Shown here piece after piece: positions 38,057 through 48,993 of a stretch of DNA of 64,000 bases. Made by a program: the position numbers and the translations under genes. The DNA is taken from positions 28,210,001 through 28,274,000 of the forward strand of contig NC_045138.2 in assembly GCF_008831285.2 (NCBI RefSeq), given 5' to 3'. The DNA comes from Nymphaea colorata. Its lineage: Eukaryota. Under the pieces are notes generated by a model. It was not told the DNA's origin, made no database searches, and was given only the letters and a program-made list of their open reading frames with translations. Positions within the stretch are counted from its first letter, which is position 1, and the number at the start of each line of letters is the position of its first letter.

Positions 38057-41000
38057 GGCCTCTTCCCTGCTGCTGTTTTCTTCCCTCTTCATTTTCTTCC
38101 TTATGTGCATATGAGAGAGAGGGTACACGAAATTCCAAATCTATGGCATTCAAGATCATCTCCAAATAGGGGAAGCAAAAATCAGATTTTTGTAAAAAAG
38201 TTTGTTCGAAGGCTTCTTCATCCTTTCCTGGATGGCTTTCAGAGGGCGTGGGCGCGGGCGAGGCTGGTGGCCTGGCAGTGCCATCGGTGGTGGCCGAGCA
38301 CTCGGTGATGAGGACTTCGCTTTGTTTCCTGTGAGCTCTCTCTCTCTCTCCTCCATCCCCAAAGAAATGTGTGTGTGTGTGTGTCTGTGTCTGTGCTGAT
38401 TCTCTTACTCTTCCTTCTCCTTTTCTCTTTGGGGGATGAGAGCAGAAGATTGAGGGATTACCACCAATCAGGGATTTAACAGACGAAGAGAAGTTCCTTA
38501 TCGACAGGAAGAGGCACTTTGCGTCGTGGTGTAAGAATTCCCCATACTTCATCAAAGATAGATCTCTCTCTCATGGTGGGCACTCCCTTGGTCGCACATG
38601 CTTCTCCCTCTTCCCCTTATTGTTGCATTCCTCTTATGATTTTGAGTTACATGATTTATTCTGCATCAATGATATGGAGAATTTCGTAGATTTCCTGATG
38701 CCTCATTATTGCTCTTGGTTTTTTATGGGATAAGTGAACCATGGGTAGCGAATTGGTTGCAGTGTCCTTTTGATCAGCATATTCAGCAATTTGGTTGATC
38801 ACAGCTGTTAAAGTCATACAGTCGAACTTGCTTTCTGTGCATTTGTGGGGAAAAATGAAGAAAAAGCTTTTCCTAGCATACAAGAGAATCAATAGCTGTT
38901 ATATATTAATCATTTTTCAGTAGCTGCAGCAGGAAATACCAGCAGAAGTGTGTCCTGTTGTTGGTCATAAATGATGATTTTCTGAGTTCAAGTACGTGTT
39001 ACCAGTCATTGGATTGACCAAACAATTGCTTCTGGCTAAGTTCAAGTGGTCAAGTCTTTAGCTCATGACATGTTTGCCACAACTAAAGTTTATCGAATCA
39101 GAGACCTTGGTTTGGTCCTGTACAAATGAAAAAGCATCATTCAAGTGTTTTCTCTTTCTACAATTTTTTACGGCAAAATAATTTTAGTAATTAGTTCCAA
39201 ATCCCCATGATACTTTGATTATTGGAATAGATTATTCCTCAGATTGCTTCTATTCAATTGGGAATGCTAACATGGTTAAAAAGTTATTTAGGTTTGGAGA
39301 TAGAAAGCAATTGAAAACGGGTATTTTGATGATTGATTAAATGTTTGGAACTTTTAATTCCTTGCATGAATTCAAACTTGTGCAGACATGAGCAGTAACG
39401 ATACACTGTGAACATCTGAAGAAAAACCTGTGTTCCGGAGGGGCACACCATTATTTATGCAAATAAGGAAGTAATCTGAAGAAACAAAGAGAGTGCATGC
39501 ATTTGATTATAAATAGTAATTGTCAATTAACTGGCTGATTTTCAGTGTTAGTTGAGACAGTATAGTTTGGTGCAGATAGCAACTAAGGCTATGCATTTAG
39601 TGGATTTCCTTAGGAATTTTGCATTATGTATTTATGGAAAACTTGTTGAAAATAAGTCATGTTTTGGAAAATTAAGACTTGTATTCTGAGGAACTAAATC
39701 ACATAGGAACATGAATCTTTATTAGACTCAGCTTGTTAGAGATATCCTGCATCTGGTCAGCCTTCTTGGTTGGTTACTACTTAGCATGGAGATCACTTCT
39801 TAGTATCAGGCATGCATGCCTTGGTCCTTGAGTTATTGCTTTGGTATCTGCGGTACTTTTTCTGACCTTTTGTCTTAGTGAGTCGATGGACTAGTTTTGT
39901 CTTGAAGGTCCTACAGATTTTGATTTTTTTTTTCTAGGTTTAGTTTGGTTCCAGATTCATATAAGTGGCACACAGTCTCAAGCTAGTGCTTAAGATTTGT
40001 TTGATCATCACTTCAGATACCTTAGCTCCAGATGTAGAGATGTACTCTGACATGAAGGCAAAGGAAACAGTTCGACGTGCAACTCTTTTGGACTGCCTGA
40101 TTCTCACTCCATCAAATTTCCCTATGGAGTTAATTGAAGGTAAGTTAAGAGATGGTGTCATTCATAGCTAATAATATTGTTTGTGGTATAAAGACTTTGC
40201 AACCAACTGTGTATTTTCTATTCCACTGGTCTAAATCTAATAAGAGTCGGTTCGTCAAAATTTTTTCAAGCCGAAGGTCTTTTTCTTAACTTGGATTTGT
40301 TGACTTGGAACATTTTCTGAAGATTGCTTATGGAAAAGGTTACTTGGCCATGGAAAAACCTATTGTAGTAATGCAAAGAGTAAAGCTACTCAAGCTTGAC
40401 TCAATTATCAAACAAGGCAAGTTTGAGGTGAAGGGTAAACTCGTTTAATTAAATGAATCAAGCCTAAGTCAGGTAAGCCTCATTCTTTTAAGCTCAATTA
40501 GGCTTATTCATGAACGTACAATATAGTATATTCCATTATATCATTACAAAATAGCTGTTGACATAGTTACCTCCCTTGTTTGTTCAAACTTCAGGATGAA
40601 TGAACTCATTTGCATCTTTTCAAAACAAGTTGCCAAAAAATAAATAAAAAAACACAGTGCAGCTAAGCTCTCGACCCAAGCTTAGCCGAGCTGATCTTGA
40701 GCTCTCTTAGCATGCTGAGCCAAGCTCAAGCTGGGCCATTTGAGACTGAACTCTGAAGCCCGCTTTGAGCAGGCTAAGCTCAGGTTGTGAATACACTTAT
40801 TAATTTGTACGCAAGTTGGTGAATCAAACATTTATAGTTCCCTACTTTCTTCGTTTTTTCGATTGCTAGTCTAAATTTCTTTTGATTTCCTTTGCTTCTT
40901 TTCGGCATTTGTAAGCTAATATGATAAGATGACTTTACAGGACAAGCACAGCGAGATAAAAAGAGGTCTTCAGCTCATCGTATTAAAGCTAAAAAAGGTG

Positions 41001-43303
41001 TGGATTGCATATTTCTTATCATTGAGTTTTTGATATTTGAACGGTAATTGATTTCTTATAGTACGCTTTCTACTTTCTAAAAGGAAAAATAACTTGTCTT
41101 AGCATCTTCTGGGTAGATTTACATCACATGGATTCACTCCTTGCCAAACTCAAAGATGATGGAAAAGATGATGCTGACGAGGATGAGGAAGTAAAATAAA
41201 CTTTGTTTGCATTGTCCCTGTTTCCTTTTTCTAGCATGTCTTTGGTCTTTAAGGTTTTTTGTCTGCTTTTGTACAACCAGTTAATGTACTGCCTATAAAA
41301 ATAGGAAACTTGGATCGGACAGTTGGTTAAGCATCCATTGCAACTATCTGTTTTTAAACTAATTAAGTTCTTAAACCCATAAAAAGTTATCACTTAGACA
41401 GTGGGTTTTGTGGCAGATTATGTTTTCATTGAAACTCTTTGCAAAATTGCATCTTTTTATGCATTTTTAAGTGTAAATTCCATGTGTTCAACAGGCAGAG
41501 CAGGGTGATAAAAAGAGAAAAAAGGGAGAAGAAGATGAAGATGAAGGCGAAGAGATTGACAATCTAGAAGAAGAGGAAGATGATGAGGCTATCGGTGCTG
41601 ATGATTATACGGAGGTAAGTGAGCACGATAGAGGTTTTAGTACAAAGTTCTTAGTGGAATGTGGGTTTTTTTTAAACTGATATCTCCCCTGAATACATGG
41701 GCACATCCTTTTGAGTTTGTTGGAGTAGGTTTCTTTGCAAACTCAGATGCCCACTGGGTAAAATAACACTCACCCTTTTGAGTTCGTTGACTTTTGATTA
41801 ATAATGAGTATTTTCTTTCTGCTGGTTTTATATTTTTTCATTTTTCTTTGCATTATGGGCTGTTGATTATGTGCATGTTTGTCAGGATGCTAATTTTTTC
41901 TTCACATAGTTACTTTTAATTATCAGAAATTAATATGTCTGATGGCCTTCTGTGGTTCTTATGGCAAAATTAGCTTCTGTACAGATATAGCTGGTAATAT
42001 GTGAAGTCATGAACTCATCTTGCTTATCACTTCCTTGTCTTGATGCAAAAGATGGTTTATGAAACTGTTGCAGTTATTTCCTTTAGGTTTGCCTCTCGTA
42101 GGCTAAAATAGTAGAATCATGCAGGGAGTCAACTGCAGCATGTCTGCATGCATGAAGTATATAACTTGTCTGTATTTCTCGCCAGTACTTTGCTTCTTTT
42201 TATTTTTTTTTCTTTAGTGCTATTTCATAGTAAAAACTTGCCTTTTCAGGAATCGTTCTATTATTACTTAATGTAAATCTTCCATTCTGGATATTTTGTT
42301 TTCAACATGCTCCATTTTATGCACATAAAGAAATATATGGTGCTACAGTGTGCTCCATCCCTCTCTCTCCTAGGGCTTCTAATATGTTGTAATGCCCTTG
42401 CATTTTGAAAGTCTTGACCTTGCCCTCTACAGAATTTTGGATTTGATGATGACGAGGATTTTCTTGATGGTGAGGACGATGGTGGGAATGGTATGTGTGT
42501 TTGTATCTTCAAATACACCGATTTGTATTACAACTTTGCAGCTTTTAAATACGTCCATTTGGTGATGATTGTGGCCAGACGTGCTTGTCTGATTCTATGA
42601 TTTCTAATGGCACGGTCTGTTTGTTGCAGATGAACCAACTTATGAGTAAAGGACAAGAATGTTGCTGCATATAATGGAAAATGCAAACAGGTGATTCTCT
42701 GAAACTTTTTGATATGATTCTAGTCTTACCTGCAGATTGGTGCATCGACTGCTTTAGAAGAGGATATATTTAGAGCAACATGCTTGGATGCTATGTTTTC
42801 TGTTTCTAGATGATGTATGCTCCAATGATATTATATAGGTTTACTCTGTGAACAACTATATAGAAACATGCAGTGGAAGAGAAGGAATCGACCCCTTGAG
42901 AACTAATGAGGGGTAGTAAGTGGAGCTTGAGCTTCATTTTTCAAGCTTAATCTAAACTCAAGGCTACAAAGGAGCCATAGCCACAGTTCAAGCTGAACTG
43001 CTAGAAAAGAGAAGCCAGCCTCTAAGTTCATCTGAAATGCAACAATTTATAAAGCCAACAATTTTTAATGTCCTTCCCTGAATAGATGCCCATCTAATCC
43101 TTACATACGTCACAAGCATCAATGGCAAGGCCTTTGCTTGCAGTTAAAGATATGAACATGCAAACAACTCTCCTTCAAGCATTACTATGTTAATACTGTA
43201 ATAGCTTTCTCATCTTCAGCATATTCACTTTTGATCTATAATTCATGGTGACAAAAAGAGATGAAGTCGTTGCTCCCTAGTGTATGAAATTTGTCTTAAT
43301 TCC
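38057..43303 (+). repeat. Segmental duplicate, copy A (pairs with 57141-61482)
   Basis: Collinear direct match from GGCCTCTTCCCTGCTGCTG to TTTGTCTTAATTCC, except ~900 bp (38668-39567) absent from copy B. Confidence 0.97.
38232..42649 (+). CDS. RNA polymerase III subunit RPC31/RPC7-like, copy A (8 coding exons)
   Basis: Exons 38232-38330, 38446-38575, 40017-40139, 40941-40997, 41117-41190, 41495-41614, 42433-42490, 42630-42649 join in frame. Sequence MAFRGRGRGRG...FALFP, KNSPYFIK, EMYSD, NFPMELI and an acidic tail ending DDYTENFGFDDDEDFLDGEDDGGNDEPTYE*. Confidence 0.85.
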
Positions 43304-43942
43304 TGCTGGGCTTGCTGCTCCAAAAATTTAGGAAAGCTCCTGTTTTCTGAGATAGTGACTAGATTTTTTCAGGAATTTATATTTTGTTATAACAACAAAG
43401 TTCCTATGTTGCGAGACTTTGCCCAGTCTTTTTTTTTTTTTTTTTTGGGAAGCAGGTTTTGTTATAAGATCTGCTGCTTTTGATTCCTGGCGCGTTTTTT
43501 TCCTTTTTGTGTTAAAACATGTTTGACCTTCTAACTGGTTCACAGTTACCTCATTCTACATTCCTGCGTTTGGAATTTTCTTATGATTTGTTCTGATATG
43601 GACAAATTTAGGAAAGCAACGATTTCTTGGAAAAGCTAGTATTGGACACCTACAGCATTGAAATTAAATGTCTATTACCACCATCACACGTTTTGTGTTT
43701 TGTCAACTTAATGACGTCAGGTGTTATGACCAGTGAAGGCTTGAATTAAGAATATTAGCCCCTGAGATGCCAAACTTCCCATGCCTGCATGTGTTGTCGA
43801 AGCATCAAATTTTGTAAAAGAGGCATAACATTCCTCTCTACTTTAGGTGCCTCTTAGATGACCGAATCTCATGTCCGTATCTTGCCTTTCAAGCATCACA
43901 AAAAGTGGCATAATATTCTTGTCTTTTCTTTGGTATTTGCAG

Positions 43943-44774
43943 AAATTGCTCTTCTATGGCACTGCAGAGAGTGTTTCTACATCTTTGCGGCCTCATTGGT
44001 CAGAAGCAGTGCAAGAAAGAGCTCGTGTTGTTCAGGCACAGGCTGATATGCTGGAAATTGTTCCACCTGGGACTTCAAAAGGTGAAGGTGTGCACATGCT
44101 GCTGGACCATCTTGGTGCTAAAGCTGACGAGGTAACATAAAAACCATGGGTCTTTGTCTGTCCATGCCACCTCCATTTATATTTTTCATTTGAGTTGGCC
44201 ATTGAAGTAATGAAGTCCTATCTTCCTCTTCTAGAGACCAGTCAATGCTCTGACAGGTTTAAAAATTTGAAATTGCACTATTCCATGAAGGCCTGAAGTA
44301 AGAATATTAGCCCCTGAAACCAAAATGGCACGGTTGAAGTTTCTTTATTCTGTCATGGAGGCTTGAACCTTCCAAACTCTCACCACTTTAATTTCTGTTT
44401 ATGATTTTACTGCATTTTTCTTATCTCCAATTAAGGAAAATAAGGAATGCTCCTCTCTGAATTCTCAGCCCAGTCTTCAACTTCCCATCTGGTTTTTGAC
44501 TTTCAAAACAGTCTCCCCTTATACCGCTGGTCAAACTTCCTTCGTCCATATGTTTCTTTATTATTTTTCTCTTCCTTAACCCAATATTGTATCTGTCAAG
44601 GTCATGGCCATAGGTGATGGTGAAAACGATATTGAAATGCTGAAACTTGCTTCACTGGGAGTTGTGCTTGAAAATGGTGTAGATAAGGCTAAAGCAGTTG
44701 CAGACGCTACTGCTGCGTCCAATGATGAAGATGGAGTGGCAGATGCCATTTACCGTTGCTTTCTGATACAGTAA
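43943..44774 (+). pseudogene. YBEY: Orphan last two exons of YBEY (C-terminal Cof-type HAD domain)
   Basis: Exons 43943-44131 (KLLFYGTAESVS...MLEIVPPGTSKGEGV) and 44601-44774 (VMAIGDGENDIEML...SNDEDGVADAIYR). There is no room for upstream YBEY exons, because RPC7-copy homology runs to 43303. Confidence 0.85.
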
Positions 44775-46565
44775 TTCTTTCTGAAGATGTTTATTGTTGC
44801 ACTGACCGGGATTGCTTAGTGCAAATCCCCTAATTCAAGCGGGGTATAATTCTCTCAACCCCACTCAAAGAGAGAAAGAAGCTTATAGTTTATGAAAGAT
44901 TCAAATGTAATAAGAAATACTAAATTGCCAATTTTCCTATCCAACAATGGAGGAAGAGATCGTATGTTCAAGTATTTTCATGTCTATTCAAAAATTGTGT
45001 GCGCGTGTGCACAAGTCTGCATATGCATTTTAAGTTTAGCAGCAAACTGTAGAATGTGTACCTCCATAAGTGATTCAAAGCGTCTTGTGTTCACTGCACA
45101 AAATTTTCCCAAGTAAGAAGACTTGAAAAATGAGGGGTTCTCATACGGATAATTACCGAGGACAGATTTTCTCTCACTTGCGCAGCTTAAAGTTTTATTA
45201 CTCATGAAATGTCTTTGCACTAGCTTAACGACTGTTGTATTAAAGAATTTTCCGTCTCCAATGAAGTGCACAGGAACTAAACCTTTTAATACGAAAAAAT
45301 TCTTAATCTCCTTAGAGGGGGGAATGTGTAAAAGTTTTTTTGGAACTTCCACAAAATTTCTGAAAGCGCTACTAGCAAGAACCTTCATTTTTGACATTCG
45401 AAAAAAGTAGGCCTTCGTTGTGTGGTGGTTCCTTTATTGGTAAAGATAATCAAACAGAAGATGCAGAGAGCTCTCACTAATTTTGAAGTAAAAGTCTAGT
45501 GCGGGCTGATCTTATCTGTGTCGGCTGGATGCCTTGCAAGATGAAAAGGCGTAAAAGTTGATGTATGACAGTTTCCCACCGTTATATTGTCAGTTCAAAA
45601 AGAGGGTAATAAAGAAAAGGAGAGTAGTTGGGTTGACAGCCGCTATCCGGTTCGTGTTTATCGTAAGACTTCAGGGAAAATTTAGATTTCATTTGTTCGT
45701 CTTGGAAATTCTTTCTGCCTCGAGCATTCCAACCACATCTCTTCTACACGCCATTGACCGCCGCAAAAAAGAGAAGATCCTCGCACGATTGGTACACATC
45801 GGGTTCGCAGGAGTTTCATACAAGTATTGAAGCTCCCAAATGGGCAAACCTTATACAATGAAAAAAACAGTTCATTGTAACATTTGATGAAAAAAATTCA
45901 TGCATATCCAAGAACTCAGTAAGTTCCTCTTTTTTCTCAATAAACTCTCTGGCGTGATGTATTGGGGAAGCCAGAATAAAAGATAAACGTATGCCCAAAT
46001 TCCTCTGTGCATCTCTGCAGGTAACTGAATTTCATATCAGTCTGTGTTGAGTCCCTGTCTCCTAACTGGAACACCATTTCACAAAGAATACCCTGAAAAA
46101 GGATTCCTTTCAGAAGATATCTTTGTTATCGATGCAACTGTGTCAAAGGTTAGAGAAGATAAGAGCATCACATCGAATTTACAGTGGATGACGGAAAAAA
46201 AGTTGACGATTTCCTGAATCAATGACATTTAATTTCATCTTTAGTGTCTCGGAAGGGGTGTTAAATATGCCAAAGTCTTATCTCGAGAAGGAGCATGGAC
46301 CAATCAGGTTTTCACGTCTCCAAGCATGAAGATGTTCAACGTATGATGTTTTCAGTTATTTAATGAACGAAAGAAGCCCCTAACCTTCCTTAAAATATAA
46401 AAGAAAACAAAACAAAAAGGAGTTACCCTAGGCTATCAAGCTTGATAAGCTGAAAGCTTGAAATTGTTAGCATTTGATTACAGAGGTGTTGCACCCTTTT
46501 GTCCAGGTGCCATGAATATGTGTCATGTAAAAAAGAAAAGGGAACTCTATAGCCATGACCACAAG

Positions 46566-46566
<1 letters not shown>

Positions 46567-46605
<39 letters not shown>
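46567..46605. repeat. (TA)n microsatellite at the truncated 3' end of the PP2C pseudogene
   Basis: Directly visible in the sequence. Confidence 0.97.
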
Positions 46606-46613
<8 letters not shown>

Positions 46614-46634
46614 TTTACTATGAAATATCTTTAC

Positions 46635-47823
46635 CGTCCAAAGCCCGTCGCTTGCTAGTATAATGAATTCAGTATCATTGTCAATCATCTCAACTGTAAC
46701 ATGCGGTTTCCTACCTGGCCTATGCGTAACAAAACCACCTTTCTCCTCGATTGCTCTTTGTTCTTTGTCAGGCTCATGATCAACAGAAAGCTGCTTGGCT
46801 ACGCCGTCGCTGCAGACGACTGCTCTAGAGTCGCCGACGTTTGCCATCACCAGTTTCTCATCGTTTATCAGTATAGCAGTCACCGCTGTGGAACCTCCTC
46901 TTCTCAGCTCATCTGTGTTATCCAAGATCTCCTCATCAGTTGTCACGTACGCTTGCTTTATTGCTTCCTCTGTTCGTTCCCAAAAAGTTCGGCTAAATGG
47001 CAAAAAAGAACACGCGCATTATGCGTCCCTAGCGTTTGGTCTGAGCAGAAATGAGGAAGAAGATCTATATTTGTGAAAGATGTGTATGTCTCATATGTTC
47101 TTCAGAGTTGCTAATATGTACATACAATCTAATTGAGATACCATTATTTCAACTCAATCTGATATTTTGGATGTCTTCAACCATAGTCGAAAGAAATATA
47201 TAGAATTGTGAAATATATAGAGTTGCAGAACAGTGACTTGTATATGCAGAATGAAGTAAAGGTCATGCATAAAAAAAGGGTTGCTTCCTTCAGAAATTAT
47301 GACTTGTATATATAGTATTAAGTAACGGTGATGCATAAAAAAAAGTTGCTTCATTCAGAAGTTATCATTTGTTAAAGAGAAATGTTAGTTTGAGTAGACT
47401 TCCCTTATATAAACTCGTAAAAGCACAGGACTTAAAGGGTAGCAACTAATTGGTGGAACTTGGAAGTACCAAAGGAAACTAAAATACTCAAAACTAGTCG
47501 GTTCTTTTTCCGTCTGCCAAACACTCAGAGTCTATCTTCTTCATGATTCAGGCAGTAAAAGTTACCTCACTGAGAATGTTGTCAAACAGGTTTTCTTTCA
47601 GATAATTGGGCACCTCATGGCCCGAGTGCCCATCAAATATAGCAAAAAGGCCCAATTTTGCTCCCTTAACTCGCCCAAATTCTGCTGCAACGTAGTCTTC
47701 CATTGGGTGCTTCCTCTTTCCCTTGACCAAATGGAAGCCATAGGTGACTCGCCTCCCTGATCGACGGCTCTCACTCTCCTCTTCCCCTTTGTTTGGTGAC
47801 GGAGAGCTTACTTCGATTTGTTT
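46635..47823 (-). pseudogene. Protein phosphatase 2C (clade F-like) pseudogene
   Basis: Exon 47823-47566 (HPMEDY, GLFAIFDGHSG). The next exon from 46992 (GGSTAVTAIL, ANVGDSRAV, LSVDHEP) starts out of frame because of a T5 run. The segment with the (G)xLAxxRAFGD motif is deleted at ~46710. No terminal DDIS exon was found after ILASDGLWT. Confidence 0.85.
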
Positions 47824-48993
47824 CTGCAAGAAGTATAAACAAAGGAAATTGTAATTCATAAAGCCTAATACACAAAACGTTCTTGTATTAGTATACAGCT
47901 TTCGCCAATACCAACACCTTCATTGAAAACTGAAATTCGAAGATGAAAACCACAGCGTACCTCCATTTCCCCTTTCCACAGTTAAGAGAGGAACTTATCC
48001 CTTGAGGGCTCCTGAAATTTGCCGGAGAAAATGGCCTGAAAGATTTGGGGTCCGGTGGCAACTGACAAAGTAAGAGGCGGTTGCATGGGATGGCTGAGAA
48101 CTTAGGCCACTTGGCACAGCCACTTTGTTCACTGGCTCGGGTCTGACAAGTTAGATTAATGATCAGTATGTGTATAATGAAATTTTAATATGTAAACAAA
48201 ATCTAAACTGACTTTTGGGTAGATTGGGTACAAGCCTCAAGCTTTACTGCTGACAAAAAGCCTTAATGAATAATGGGTAGTTTACAAAGTGTTAGACAAT
48301 ATTAAGGCAAACATTCATGCAGCTAAAACTTAGTGAAGTTGTATAACCAAGTTTTTCTTCTTCAACTCTCAGCATTATAAAGAAAGAAAGAAAGAAAAGG
48401 AACGAGCAATGAAGGTTATTACCTTCGAGTGTCTTTAGATTTTCATTCCCATTTGATATCTAGGAAGAGTTTTAAGGCAAAAAAAGGTGGGTCTCTGCAT
48501 AAAGTTAAAGCCTATGAAATACCTACACAGGACAACAAGAATGAGGAAATAAAGCTTTGGCTTTCATTTAAACGGTGAGATAATCTCCTACTCAATCCAA
48601 TTAGGGGAGAAAAGCGGGGGACGTAATGGTCATTTTTCATTTTTGTTGGGGCTGGCGGGAGCGATGCAATTATGCAACTCCTTTATCTAATGAGAAAATT
48701 TTAATTAATTTTCTCTTTAATTATTTCTCGGGAAGGAATACCTTCGCTGGCGGGTGCGTTTCCGCGGCAAAGAATTGTGGGGCGCAAAGGTAATCGAGGA
48801 ATCGAAGTTGTTTTTGCCTTAATTGTCGAGAAGTTTCGATAAATTTCGCTGCCGACGGAAAGATATCTCGTTTCTGCCTCAATCTGCTTCGGATTTTGCC
48901 TCTTTCTGGGAAGGGATATTTGGGTTACTCCGAGGGGAATTATGGTTGGTCAAATGTGGTTCGTTCTTGGGTAATCTGAGGATCAAGCTGAGG

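Noticed and set aside
38970..38990. ATGATGA...CTGA C/D-box-like words in the A-specific intron segment
   Set aside because: The boxes are only a few nt apart, with no terminal stem or recognisable guide sequence.
42691..42735. Possible 3'UTR intron in RPC7-A (acceptor CAG is CAT in copy B)
   Set aside because: 45 nt is shorter than typical plant introns, and there is no transcript evidence.
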